A model generated the notes under the pieces. That model ran no database searches and had not been told where the DNA came from. It worked only from the letters and a program-made list of their open reading frames with translations. A stretch of 58,603 nucleotides of DNA from assembly GCA_036501265.1 (NCBI GenBank), contig DASYAP010000172.1, forward strand, positions 1 through 58,603, written 5' to 3'. Below are positions 1 through 9,860 of the stretch, one piece after another (within the stretch, counting starts at the first letter, position 1; each line of letters begins with the position of its first letter). The translations under genes were made by a program, and so were the position numbers. This DNA comes from Solirubrobacteraceae bacterium. Lineage in GTDB: Bacteria; Actinomycetota; Thermoleophilia; Solirubrobacterales; Solirubrobacteraceae.

Positions 1-1
1 C

Positions 2-361
2 TTGCCGCGGATCGACGGCATCGAGGCGACCCGGCGGATCCTGCACGAGCGCGACGTGCCGGTCGTGGCTCTGACCGGCCACCGCAGCGGAGGCTTCGTG
101 GAACGCGCGATGGAGGCGGGGGCGGTCGCGCACGTGCTCAAGCCCTTCCACGAGGCTCACCTCGTCGGGACGATCGCGGGCGCTCTTGCCGAACGCGATC
201 TTCGCGACGAAGCGGAACGTCGACAAGACCTGATCATGATCGAGTCGATGGTTCGCCAGGGGTCCTCCGAGCGTGAGATCGTCGATGCTCTCAACGGTCG
301 CGACGGGTGGTCGCCGGCGATCACATTCGCCAGCTGGATTTGCGCGGTATTCAGGAGGTAG
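2..361 (+). CDS. Response regulator receiver-domain protein (5'-truncated, host flank)
   Basis: PRIDGIEATRRI...VVALTG...AMEAGAVAHVLKPF receiver motifs. Confidence 0.8.
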   Translation: MPRIDGIEATRRILHERDVPVVALTGHRSGGFVERAMEAGAVAHVLKPFHEAHLVGTIAGALAERDLRDEAERRQDLIMIESMVRQGSSEREIVDALNGRDGWSPAITFASWICAVFRR

Positions 362-381
362 ATCCGGACGGGTCATTCTCG

Positions 382-423
382 AACGGGAGCGACGGGCGTC
401 GAGCCCCGACTTTACACCTCGTG
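382..423. repeat. Left att junction of element A (tRNA-Asp 3' end core plus P' arm)
   Basis: cgggagcgacggg at 384-396 is identical to 22338-22350, 38419-38431 and 56988-57000. It is followed 13 bp later by ctttacacctc, the reverse complement of gaggtgtaaag at the right junctions. Confidence 0.85.
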
Positions 424-524
424 ACATCGCGATCCGTTGACGTTGTCGGCGAGGACACCGGGGAAGCCCCGAGTCAGGTACCCCCAACGGCTCGCTGCTG
501 TTGTTCCCCGGTGAGCGGGGCGGT

Positions 525-615
525 TACCTCGAGATGTCGGCCCTCGACATGATCAGCAGCCACACGTACGACGGGCGCATCCAACTGCTCGAATAGCGTT
601 CCGACGATCCTGACG
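525..615 (+). pseudogene. Decayed C-terminal fragment of a RibD/DHFR-family reductase
   Basis: Reads ALDMISSHTYDGRIQLLE*, then VPTIL after a frameshift; resembles the end of RibD_C proteins. Confidence 0.3.
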
Positions 616-819
616 AGTTCTCGCGGGCGGCCGGTGGTCGTCGTATCAGTGACAGTGCGCGCCGACGCCGAAGCGCACTGTTGCGCTGCGCGCCGAGACC
701 GTCGAGGAATCGGGGCTGAAAGACGGTGGTACAGCCCGGGCGGCTAAACATGCCTCCACCGGAGGATGGTGTTGCCAGCGATCAAAGCAAACCGACGATG
801 TTTCCATAACATCGAACCC

Positions 820-1641
820 ATGCCCGACGCAGCCAAAGAGCCGGCGGCACCGTCGTGGCTTTGGCTGGATCCACCCACGCTCGATTTCAGGCGCTCACGT
901 GTTGGAGGATGGACCGTCTGGCTGCACGCCGATCCCTTCCGCGCACTGGGCGTTTCGTCTTCTGCAAGCGCCGATCAGTTGCGTCGGGCGCGAAGGCGCC
1001 TTCTGCGTCGGCACCATCCGGATTCCATCTCCGAGGCACACGGGGAGTCGGCGACGCGCTTCCGCGAGGTCGAAACGGCCGCGCACGCCATCACGAACGA
1101 CATGGAGGTCAGCGTCGAGCCAACGGCCGGTACCTGGTGGCGATTCATCGCGTTTGTCGAGCCTGACTCGCTCCAACGCTCAGCTGCTGCAGTCGCCGGG
1201 CTCCGCTTTGAGATCAGTGATCTCTCTCGCGTCCCACTTTTCGCTAATGGCGACCAGCGGGTGCATGTCCGCTACGGTGAGTTGCAGCTTGACTTGCCGG
1301 TCGCCCGCTCAGCTCGCGGGCTGGTGCTTCCGGCCCTCTGGGCGCGCATCCAGACGGCAGCCGAGCCGATCCTTCTGACGACCCTTTGTCTCTTGTTGTT
1401 CGCGCTCGGTGGGCTCATTTTGGCCCTGGATGTACTAGTCGTCTCAGACGCCAACGTCCTCGTTGCATGGATTGTTGGGGCTGGTGCCGTAGCAGCTGGC
1501 TACGGCGGGCTAGTGGTGATCCTCGTCAGCACAGGAAAGAAGGCTCCCACGCCTCGTCGCGCAATCCGTCGCGTCGGAGCCGCCGTGTTAAAACGTCGTG
1601 CACTTAACACTGGGATGCGCGACGAAGGTCGCGGCCCCTGA
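820..1641 (+). CDS. J-domain (DnaJ-like) protein with C-terminal transmembrane helices
   Basis: DPFRALGVSSSASADQLRRARRRLLRRHHPD (HPD motif); two hydrophobic helices near the C-terminus; start 766 or 820. Confidence 0.7.
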   Translation: MPDAAKEPAAPSWLWLDPPTLDFRRSRVGGWTVWLHADPFRALGVSSSASADQLRRARRRLLRRHHPDSISEAHGESATRFREVETAAHAITNDMEVSVEPTAGTWWRFIAFVEPDSLQRSAAAVAGLRFEISDLSRVPLFANGDQRVHVRYGELQLDLPVARSARGLVLPALWARIQTAAEPILLTTLCLLLFALGGLILALDVLVVSDANVLVAWIVGAGAVAAGYGGLVVILVSTGKKAPTPRRAIRRVGAAVLKRRALNTGMRDEGRGP

Positions 1642-2029
1642 GCGTGGGGAAACGCTTTCGATTGCCAATCAGCCGCCGCGCTGGCCGGCGCGGGGGACTA
1701 CGCGAAGAGATCCACCAGGTCCTCGATTTCTGGCGATGTCGCCGCTGGCGTCTAGGGCCGGCGCGAGGCCCGGCAGGCCGCGGCGATAGCTCTGACGCCA
1801 GTCTCCTGGCTCCGCAACCCAGATGCATTTTCGGCCCTCATGGGGCCGCGGGCCACCGTGCAGCTCACGAGAGATCGCCTTACGGTGCGGATTGCGGTGT
1901 TAGCCGGCGACGCCCTCGACGCCGCCCTCAACCCCGCCGTCGCCAAGGGCTGACCGCATCGGGCAACGCTGACACGTGAACGACCCGCACGCTGGCCACC
2001 GTCTAGAGAAGCGATCGGAGCCGCTCCTG

Positions 2030-2977
2030 TCAGTCGGAGAGGTGCACGCTCGAGAGCGTCCCGTCGCTGAAAGTCGCGACGAAGGCAGCGTCGCCGTCGG
2101 CTGCAAGTGCGACCGGCGTCTCGCCGATCCTCGTTTCGGCGACGAGTCGGTGCGTTCGGGCGTCGAGGAGAGCGATTGTTCCTCGCGTGCACGCGCAGTT
2201 GTCCGTCGCCCAGATGCGCGCCGGTGTACTGGCAACCGCGCTCGCTCGGAACGGCAGCGCGAGCTTCACGCCCGAGGAGCGCGGACCAGCAACGGCGGTC
2301 ACGACGTCACCGAGCTGGTACAGCCAGAGCTGCCCGCCGAAAATGAGAAGACCAATCGGATTAATTGTTCGAACGCTCGTCGGCTTCAGGCGATCGGTCG
2401 CCGGGCTGATCGTCTGCAGCGATGCGGTCGTCGCGAGCCACACCGACCCCAACGCCGCACGCAGCCCGACCGGTTGGACGGTGAGCGGTATGTGGGCCTC
2501 GACAGCGAGCGTCGACGCATTCAGGCGGGTGATCCAGTTGCGCTGCTGCCCGATGCTCGCGACCCACACGCTGCGAAAGCCGATCGCGATCGCCGCCGCC
2601 TCACCCGCAACCCGAGCCCGCTCAACCCTCGCCGCCGCAGCGGGAGCACGAATGACGTGATCGCCTGCTGCCGCGAACACGACGCCGTCCGCTTCAGCGA
2701 CCGCTCCGAAGTCCGGCCCCGCACGACCGATCAAGGCCGAGAAGCGCAGCCTCCCGGTCGATGGATCAAGCCTCCGCAGCCACGCCTGCGATCCTCGCGT
2801 TTCGACCACGACCCAGACGGCGCCGGGAGTCGTCGTCACTGCGACCGGTGCCGCTTGCAGCCTGAATGGTGTGACGACGAGCTTCGGCGCGCGGGGCGCC
2901 TGTGGGCGCGGGGCCGACGCGCTTCCCCCGGCGCCAACAAGGAACAGCCCAACAGACGCTGCAAGAACGATCCTCAC
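2030..2977 (-). CDS. Secreted beta-propeller (YncE/YVTN-like) protein
   Basis: Signal peptide; repeated P-x-[AG]-x...[SA]VW units; IGETPVALAADGDAAFVATFSDGTLS. Confidence 0.6.
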   Translation of the reverse strand: MRIVLAASVGLFLVGAGGSASAPRPQAPRAPKLVVTPFRLQAAPVAVTTTPGAVWVVVETRGSQAWLRRLDPSTGRLRFSALIGRAGPDFGAVAEADGVVFAAAGDHVIRAPAAAARVERARVAGEAAAIAIGFRSVWVASIGQQRNWITRLNASTLAVEAHIPLTVQPVGLRAALGSVWLATTASLQTISPATDRLKPTSVRTINPIGLLIFGGQLWLYQLGDVVTAVAGPRSSGVKLALPFRASAVASTPARIWATDNCACTRGTIALLDARTHRLVAETRIGETPVALAADGDAAFVATFSDGTLSSVHLSD

Positions 2978-3229
2978 GACACATCTACGAGACCGACGCG
3001 GCCCGCGGTCCGGATGCGGACGCACCGCCCGACGAGCCTCTAGGCAACCGCAGTTCGTGCGTAGGCGTCACGAAGTTGACAGGCGGCATCAGCGGTGGTT
3101 CATTTCCGGTGGGTTCCAAGCTAAGGCCGTTACATGGTCGCGATGGATGCGACGCGTGCGGCATAACTGAGGGGGTGTGATGAGACACAGCGATCAGGGC
3201 GCGGCTTCGCCGGTCGCGTAGGCGTTTTC

Positions 3230-3898
3230 GTGGTCTGCGTAGCGGCGGCACTCGCATTTGCCGGCGTCGCAGCGGCCAGCTGCAATCCGGGGCGGTCAGC
3301 TTCGAGTGGCAGCTGGCACGTTGGCTGGTCGGTCGCTCCGCCGAGCGGCACCTGCATTGACGGGTCGGAAGCGAATATCCTGGTGTACTCGCCGTACGTG
3401 TACAGCGGTGCGGCGAACGACACGAGCGGCTGGACGATGCTCGTCAACGGCCTGACTGCCTCCTATGGCCAGGTTGGATACCAAAAGCGGGATTCCGGCA
3501 CGATGTACAACTTCACGGAATCGTCGACGTCGGGCGGAGGGTTTCAGCAGAAGCTGTTCACCGTCAGCGGTGTTGGCACATCTCCGCAATACAAGATCAC
3601 GTTTTCGTCGAACGCGTTCCATTATTTCGTGAATGGATCGAATATCTGGACCGACTCGAACACCAACTACGGTGGTTGCAAGGCCGAGCAGGAAGGGGAA
3701 ATCGGCAACAGCGCGAGTCAGATGCTCGGTGGCAGCCAGAACAACGTGGTGTACAGCTCGGCCGAGGTGCGTCGAGCGGATACCGAAGCGTGGTACAACG
3801 CAAACGGGTCCTTCGTTAACGAGGAGTCGAGCTGGTTCGACTACTCCCCAATCTCATCGTCGTCGTTCTCGATCTGGGACAAGGCATGCTTAAGTTGA
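3230..3898 (+). CDS. Secreted glutamic-peptidase-like (G1/neprosin-like) protein
   Basis: Signal peptide; YGQVGY and AEQEGEI...SQM motifs recall the Q/E catalytic segments; Ser/Asn/Tyr-rich composition. Confidence 0.5.
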   Translation: MVCVAAALAFAGVAAASCNPGRSASSGSWHVGWSVAPPSGTCIDGSEANILVYSPYVYSGAANDTSGWTMLVNGLTASYGQVGYQKRDSGTMYNFTESSTSGGGFQQKLFTVSGVGTSPQYKITFSSNAFHYFVNGSNIWTDSNTNYGGCKAEQEGEIGNSASQMLGGSQNNVVYSSAEVRRADTEAWYNANGSFVNEESSWFDYSPISSSSFSIWDKACLS

Positions 3899-4326
3899 CT
3901 AAGAACCGACTCGCCGTCTTCGGAATGGTCGTTGTAGCGAGCATCGGAGCAACGCTGTGGCTTGGATCGGTTACGAAGTCCGCGACCTCTCCGCAGCTCG
4001 TTCCAATTGCCGGCGTCTCCGCTGACACGCTCGCCCAGGCGGGGATCACCCTCCAGCAGCCGCTCGGTGCGGTACCCGCGGGAGCCAAAGACACGGCAGC
4101 ATCAGCCGCGCAGCAATTCGCCGGCGGCGCTGCGATCCGCGACGAGCAGTTCGCGCACTGTGTGGCCCCTGGGGCAAGTATCGACGAAGACTGCTGGGCT
4201 GTCTCCTTGGATCCGTCGGGGTTCCATGCGAATGGCCCGGCGACAATACGACAAGCGACCTACCTCGTTGTCCTCGTCGATCCAACCTCGGGCAACGCAC
4301 TGATAGGAGCGGATGGGACACCGTAG
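3886..4326 (+). CDS. Secreted/anchored protein with PepSY-like C-terminus
   Basis: N-terminal TM/signal; CWAVSL...YLVVLVDPTSGNAL; overlaps the upstream gene. Confidence 0.5.
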   Translation: MLKLTKNRLAVFGMVVVASIGATLWLGSVTKSATSPQLVPIAGVSADTLAQAGITLQQPLGAVPAGAKDTAASAAQQFAGGAAIRDEQFAHCVAPGASIDEDCWAVSLDPSGFHANGPATIRQATYLVVLVDPTSGNALIGADGTP

Positions 4327-4465
4327 AAGCCAAAGACTCCTCAGATGAGGTGAGTGTTCGAGCAGCGGGGGCTAGAAGATCTAGCCCCCGCTCTCATCGT
4401 GAACATCTCACTTTGCGGGAGACCTGCACCGCGACCTCAACCCGGGGATTCGATTGAACGCGAAA

Positions 4466-4665
4466 CCTGCGGCCGACCGCATGCCCTAGGGTTCCAAGCC
4501 AGGGGTCGGCCAGCCGCAGATACAAAGGATCGTCCACGCGAGCGTTGCTGTAAAGCGCGGACCCCTCGCCTTCCGGCCCCTCTAACAACCGGCCTACGTG
4601 ACCACCGCTGGTCGTCCTGGCAGCGGTTGGCCTGCGGTCGGCCGGAAGCCCGTGGGTTCCAAGCC
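4466..4665. repeat. 35-bp imperfect direct repeat (4466-4500, 4631-4665)
   Basis: cctgcggccgaccgcatgccctagggttccaagcc vs cctgcggtcggccggaagcccgtgggttccaagcc (29/35); core gggttccaagc also at 3111-3121. Confidence 0.6.
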
Positions 4666-4974
4666 GCGCGGGTTATGACCAGCCGCAGTCGAGTGACGAT
4701 ACGCCTCAGACGGGATGCCATGGCCGCTCAGCTGGCGAGCCCCTGAGGGCATCAGTCGCCGGTGTGGCGATGCCCCTCGTGAAGGAGGCACGCACGGCGG
4801 GTGCCGACGGTAGGCCGCGCTCCGTCTCGTGCTCGTGCTGGCCGCAAGTCGCCGTCGCGATGCTGCTTGGCGACCGCCCCATGTGGCCCGGCCGGAGCGT
4901 GGACATCGCAGATCGGTCGGCCCTCAAGGCGCCAAAAATTACTTGGCGATCAGGTGACCCGGTCCTTATAATCG

Positions 4975-5709
4975 TTGCCGTCAGAAGTCAAGAGCCCTGC
5001 GGCCGGGGGATGCCATATGGCAGGAAGATGGCCGCTGGATTCTTCAAGCCCGTCCCCTCTCGGATGGGGCGTTCCGCATAGCGACGACATCTCAGCTCCG
5101 CGTGTCCGCCTGATCAATAGCGTCGAGGCGGAAGCGCATGCACTCGGTAGTTACCTCACCAACTCGATCCCGTGTGTCGTCTCAATTGACAGCAGCCCTG
5201 TCGACGCATCAACGCTGGCCAGCAGCGCGGCAGAAATCGACATCGTCACAGTCTTCTCCTGGCCTAACCGGCAGGCGCCACCGATCGAGCATTTGCCTGC
5301 TGAGCTCCGAAGCCGCTTCGTCTTGTATGCAGTTCCCAACGATGAGGGCGTGGTGCTCGCCTGTCTCGCTGTAGGAATCGGCGCGTGTGTCACAAGCGAC
5401 TGCGACCTGCCGGAGCTTGCGTCGCTCATTCGGCTTGTTGCGACGGGAGGTCGTGGTTGCTCTCGTGCCGCCGTCGAGATCGTCATCGCCAGAGCCGTGG
5501 CCCGGGGCGGCAGTCTCGATCGCAAGCGACTTACGCGCCGCGAAGATCAGGTCCTCGACCTCGTCCTGCGCGGGCGCTGCAACAAGGAGATCGCTACCGA
5601 GCTTAGGATCACCGTGCCGACCGTCAAAAACCACCTGCGAAGCTGCTACCGGAAGCTTGGCGTTCGAAACCGAAGCGAGGCCATCAGCCTCGGCCTTCGG
5701 ATCGGATGA
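4975..5709 (+). CDS. LuxR/NarL-family regulator with degenerate receiver domain
   Basis: LTRREDQVLDLVLRGRCNKEIATELRITVPTVKNHLRSCYRKLGVRNR; start uncertain. Confidence 0.8.
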   Translation: MPSEVKSPAAGGCHMAGRWPLDSSSPSPLGWGVPHSDDISAPRVRLINSVEAEAHALGSYLTNSIPCVVSIDSSPVDASTLASSAAEIDIVTVFSWPNRQAPPIEHLPAELRSRFVLYAVPNDEGVVLACLAVGIGACVTSDCDLPELASLIRLVATGGRGCSRAAVEIVIARAVARGGSLDRKRLTRREDQVLDLVLRGRCNKEIATELRITVPTVKNHLRSCYRKLGVRNRSEAISLGLRIG

Positions 5710-5892
5710 GGCAGACCTCCGTCTAGTACCGCAGTCGCAGACAGTCGGCGGATTTGAACCCAGAGTGCCATAGCGCATCGCCCGCCGCATCGCGAAAATG
5801 GCGCCATCCGCCGACACGCTGGAGGTTGGTGTTGGCGAATATTTGTGACAGCGCTCAAGTCGAGGCGCAGACGACTCAGTGAGGGGGAGTCC

Positions 5893-6333
5893 ATGGCAGT
5901 ACAGGGCAATGTCGCTGCGGGTCACAGCAAAGGTGGAAGGCTGGCGGCGCTAACGGCGAGCATGCTCGCTGGATTAGCGGTGCCTGCCGGCGCGCAGGCA
6001 GGGCAGTGGGGGTGGTCGGGATTTATTGGGAGCGGAAACGACAATCCGGGCTGCTGGTGGCACCACTCCGTGGCGGTCTGCGGCACGAACTACTGGAGTT
6101 CGTTGAAGTATGGGCGGAAGACGAACAACTCGGGCGGGACGAAAGCGCTCATTGGCTTCGAGAACCCCAGTGCGATTCGGGGACTATGGGTCAACACGGG
6201 TCAGACTCGAGTCTCCTACTCGACGAGTCCGGCAGCGCTTGGGTTTGGGACCGGCAATTACACCGGGTGTCACGTCACGTGGTGGAGCGGGGCATTCATG
6301 GATGGCGGTACGCACTACTGCTGGACCCCGTAG
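5893..6333 (+). CDS. Small secreted Trp/Gly/Cys-rich protein (bacteriocin-like)
   Basis: SD gggggag before ATG; signal peptide ending AQA; 4 Cys in the mature part. Confidence 0.65.
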   Translation: MAVQGNVAAGHSKGGRLAALTASMLAGLAVPAGAQAGQWGWSGFIGSGNDNPGCWWHHSVAVCGTNYWSSLKYGRKTNNSGGTKALIGFENPSAIRGLWVNTGQTRVSYSTSPAALGFGTGNYTGCHVTWWSGAFMDGGTHYCWTP

Positions 6334-6368
6334 CAGCCGACGACCGTCCCAGAAGGAGGCTCACGAAG

Positions 6369-6962
6369 GTGCTGAACAAACGATGGATACTCGTAGCCGG
6401 CCTGGTCGTGGCGGCTGCCGTTGGGGCACTCCTCGCTCTTGATCGATCAGGAACGGCCTCTGCGACATCATCGATAGCGCGTGGAGGGACGCATCTGTCG
6501 CGGGCGGCGACGGCACAGATGAAACTGCAGCGGAGGGATACCAGTGATGTCTTCCTGCTGAGCACCGCGCAGGGCCGGTCGTACTACCGCTTGGTGAGAG
6601 ACGACGGCACTCTGTGTTATGGAGTGGGGCCAGCGGGAAGTCCGAAAGGCCCCGATACGGTTGAATGTTTTCCAGACGGGCCCCCGGCGGTGATCGACTT
6701 CAGTGTTTACGAGCAGTCGGTGACGGACCCTGCGATCCACGTCTGGCGTCTTGAGGGTCTCGTAAACAGCGGAGACGTTACTCGGATCGGCATCGTTCCG
6801 GCTGACGGAAGCCCGGCTATTGATGTCCCTGTCGTCAATAACGTCTACTACTTGCCTGCGCCACCTCAAACGCAAGTCGCTGAGGTGGATGCGTACAACT
6901 CGCAAGGCGCAGTCGTATCGAGTTCCAAGATTGGACCGGGCCCGGCGACTCCAAGTCGCTGA
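6369..6962 (+). CDS. Secreted/anchored protein, paralogue of 9183-9752
   Basis: aggagg SD before GTG 6369; shares GRSYYRL, C[YF]GVG, IDFSV and WRLEGL with 9183-9752. Confidence 0.75.
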   Translation: MLNKRWILVAGLVVAAAVGALLALDRSGTASATSSIARGGTHLSRAATAQMKLQRRDTSDVFLLSTAQGRSYYRLVRDDGTLCYGVGPAGSPKGPDTVECFPDGPPAVIDFSVYEQSVTDPAIHVWRLEGLVNSGDVTRIGIVPADGSPAIDVPVVNNVYYLPAPPQTQVAEVDAYNSQGAVVSSSKIGPGPATPSR

Positions 6963-6996
6963 GCCGACCTACGAACCAGATCGTGTGGTGTAACTA

Positions 6997-8205
6997 GTGC
7001 CAAGCAATCGGGAGAGTCCGATCTTCATCTTGTGCACCGCGCGATCTGGTTCGACCATGCTTCGCTTGATGCTCGACGCACACCCTGCAGTGGCCTGCCC
7101 GCCCGAGCTCAACCTGTGCACAGTCTTTCAATCTATCGAGTTCGCGATGCACAGTGCGATAGGTGAGGACAGCGCCCTCGCAAGCGAATCGGCAGCCGCG
7201 CTGTGTCGGGAAGTTGCCCTTAGCACGATCGGCAGGTACGCGACTCGTGCCGGCAAATCTCTTTGGTGCGAGAAGTCGCTGCCGTCCATCGAGATGACCG
7301 ACGTCCTACGGCGGGTCTTCCCGGAGGCGCGCTTTGTCTGTCTTTACCGTGAGTGCACGGATACCATCGCCTCGCTTCTTGAGGCGTCACCATGGGGTTA
7401 CAGCAATTACGGCGTTGAACCGTACGTGCGAGCGTTCCCAGGGAATCTCGTGCTTGCTCTAGCAACCTACTGGACGGACAAGGTTGAGCACGCCTTGGCG
7501 CTCGAGCGTGAGTGTCCCGATCAATGCTTTCGGCTCCGCTACGAGGATCTTGTCGCGCAACCCGAGGCGGTTCTGAGTGAGCTTTTCGAATCCTTCCTCG
7601 GTCTAGAGTGGAAGGCAAGTTGTGCGGATCCATCTCGCGTCCTCGCCAATGTTCGTTTAGGTGCTTTCGGCGATCACAAGGTTCGCTACACGGATTCGTT
7701 TCACACAGAGTCCGTCGGCCGCGGATGGAGGGTACCCGTGAACTTGATGCCTGATCCTTTGAAGGCACGCGTCACAGCGATGGCCGAAGAGTTGGGATAC
7801 CGGCTGCTAGGAGACTTGTCGCAAGTCGCCACTCCGTTTGGTCGACGGCCGCCGTCGGACATCGCTGCCGAGGTCGCTCGACTGATTGAGTCCCGCGTGT
7901 CCCCGCGTGTGAACTCGCTCAACGGAAACCGCAGCTGCTGCTTTGACAGGATGAACGTGCTGATTGCAGACACCGGTCTGCAGTGGCTGATCGACTTCGC
8001 GAGCGGAAGCCTCACGCCGGGGCCAGGCGACGCCCCATGTAGCATCGTGACGGACTCGGAGACGCTGCTCGCAGTTGCCTCAGGCTCATGCAATCCTGGC
8101 GTTGCGGTGCGCCAATCGCGCATACGCATAGATGCCGACGGCGAAACGGAGCCGCTTGAAGTGATCCGCGGCTTGGAGGAGTTCGTTTCGCTTATTCGGG
8201 CGTGA
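6997..8205 (+). CDS. PAPS-dependent sulfotransferase with C-terminal SCP2-like domain
   Basis: PIFILCTARSGSTMLRLMLDAHP (5'-PSB loop), WCEKS, RLRYEDLV; tail WLIDF...IVTDSETLLAVASG.CNP...SRIRID. Confidence 0.85.
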   Translation: MPSNRESPIFILCTARSGSTMLRLMLDAHPAVACPPELNLCTVFQSIEFAMHSAIGEDSALASESAAALCREVALSTIGRYATRAGKSLWCEKSLPSIEMTDVLRRVFPEARFVCLYRECTDTIASLLEASPWGYSNYGVEPYVRAFPGNLVLALATYWTDKVEHALALERECPDQCFRLRYEDLVAQPEAVLSELFESFLGLEWKASCADPSRVLANVRLGAFGDHKVRYTDSFHTESVGRGWRVPVNLMPDPLKARVTAMAEELGYRLLGDLSQVATPFGRRPPSDIAAEVARLIESRVSPRVNSLNGNRSCCFDRMNVLIADTGLQWLIDFASGSLTPGPGDAPCSIVTDSETLLAVASGSCNPGVAVRQSRIRIDADGETEPLEVIRGLEEFVSLIRA

Positions 8206-8918
8206 CCGACCGGCCTTCTCTGCAGCGTCGCGAGCTGCTTGAGCTCCTCTACGATGCGCGTCATCGATATGTGAGCCTTCACTGTCGGCTCAATTTTGAG
8301 CTTCACCGCCCCCGGTCAGTGGTGCGATTCCCAAACAGTAGGCTCAAGCCGTTCTTATTCAGTGACGACGGTCCCAGCTTCAGCGTCTGGGCGAGCCGAA
8401 GTGAGGTATGGCTTGGCCCGTCGTGGCGAATGCGAGTGGAGCAGCAGAATGAGTTAGACGGCATAGTCTTCCCCGCCACCCTCGCGTTCAGAGAAGGCGA
8501 CCGCTTCTGGGCCACGGGGCTCGACGGTCGCGATGAAACCAATGACGTCGTGGGTGTTACGTTCGGTTTCGAGTTCATGCTCGATCCCGCGCGACTACTC
8601 GCTTCCTTTGACATCGAGCCGATTACGGAGATGAAGTGGCAGACGCGTGACGCAATCCAAGCGCTTGCAACTCGACGGCCCGGGACGCGTGGCGTTGGGC
8701 CAGCGATCAATCGTGACGCGTACGACAAGTACGAGCTCGTCCTCGATGCTGTCTACGGAGTCGTGCTCGAGGCGTCTCAGACGATTGATGATGAGCGTGC
8801 GGCCCACTACAGCGTGAACGCGATCGAGTTTGACAGACCACTCGAAGAGAGCCTGTTCGTTCCGCCAAGTGACCCTCCGGATCTGCGCACGTCTGCAGAG
8901 TCGTCACGGATGTCGTGA
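8202..8918 (+). CDS. LolA/RseB-like fold hypothetical protein
   Basis: YELVLDAVYGVVL...IEFDRPLEESLF; GTGA overlap with the sulfotransferase. Confidence 0.5.
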   Translation: MTDRPSLQRRELLELLYDARHRYVSLHCRLNFELHRPRSVVRFPNSRLKPFLFSDDGPSFSVWASRSEVWLGPSWRMRVEQQNELDGIVFPATLAFREGDRFWATGLDGRDETNDVVGVTFGFEFMLDPARLLASFDIEPITEMKWQTRDAIQALATRRPGTRGVGPAINRDAYDKYELVLDAVYGVVLEASQTIDDERAAHYSVNAIEFDRPLEESLFVPPSDPPDLRTSAESSRMS

Positions 8919-9182
8919 GCTCGAGCTCGCGCCGTCTGCGGAACACGCTCAAACGGCGGCGGCTCGCGTATCCTCGGGGCGAGCAGCCATCTTCCTGCCA
9001 GTGTTGACGGCGCCGCGCGTGAAGAGAATCACGGAGATAGCCGGGCTCTTCACGCTCTGAGTAGGTGGGGCCTGAGCCGAATGCGGGCACCCAACGCGGC
9101 TGGGTGACCTGGGCCAGCACTAGTAGGCTAGGCCAGCGTTCGTAGATGCAGCTAGTGCGGGCGGGGCCGGACAGGCGGGCAG

Positions 9183-9752
9183 CTATCCGAGCGGCTCGCG
9201 GGACAGAACGCGGCCGGTGCGGCTGTAGGCGACGAACCATCGAGCTGGTGTCTTTGGGGGCGAGGCGTCGTAGTAGATGCCTCGGACAACAGGGACCTTG
9301 GCAATCGGTCTCCCATCCGCCGTGAGGATCTCCAGGCGTGCGACTCGGTCTGGTGCCAAGCCCTCGAGCCGCCAGGCGTGGAGGCGTGGATTGCTGCGGG
9401 TCGACTCCCAGACGCTGAAATCGATCATCGGCGGCAGCTCGCGTGCGGGAAAGCAGCGGATCAGGCCGAGTGTTCGGAGTGACCCCGCGTTCCCGACTCC
9501 GAAGCAGACGTGCCCTGGTCGCAGAAGTCGATAGTACGATCGGCCGTGGCTTGTAGCCAGGAGATATGCGCGCTGATAGTCGGAGTGCGCGAGAAGCTTC
9601 TGTGAGAGGGAAGCGAGCGGAATCGGATTTCCGCGCGTGTCCAGGACGCTTCGCGGGTCCCGCGCGTACACGGTGCCGACCGCTGTCGCCGACGAGACGG
9701 CGGCACAGACTAATCCTGCTATCACTCGCAACTTGGTGGAGGCCAACAGCAT
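9183..9752 (-). CDS. Secreted protein, paralogue of 6369-6962
   Basis: Signal peptide and the shared motifs listed for 6369-6962. Confidence 0.75.
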   Translation of the reverse strand: MLLASTKLRVIAGLVCAAVSSATAVGTVYARDPRSVLDTRGNPIPLASLSQKLLAHSDYQRAYLLATSHGRSYYRLLRPGHVCFGVGNAGSLRTLGLIRCFPARELPPMIDFSVWESTRSNPRLHAWRLEGLAPDRVARLEILTADGRPIAKVPVVRGIYYDASPPKTPARWFVAYSRTGRVLSREPLG

Positions 9753-9860
9753 GTTGTTAGTTCAGATATTGCCAGCGTTACGCGAGTGTTTGTTCACGAG
9801 AACGGAGCTTGGAGACTAAGGGTGATCGGGAGCTTGCTCGTTACTTGCTGCGGCACGTTC

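Noticed and set aside
1976-3043. 355-aa Arg-rich ORF and similar long overlapping ORFs (e.g. 51554-53737, 22433-23509, 56876-58096)
   Set aside because: Antisense or off-frame shadows of real genes in high-GC DNA.
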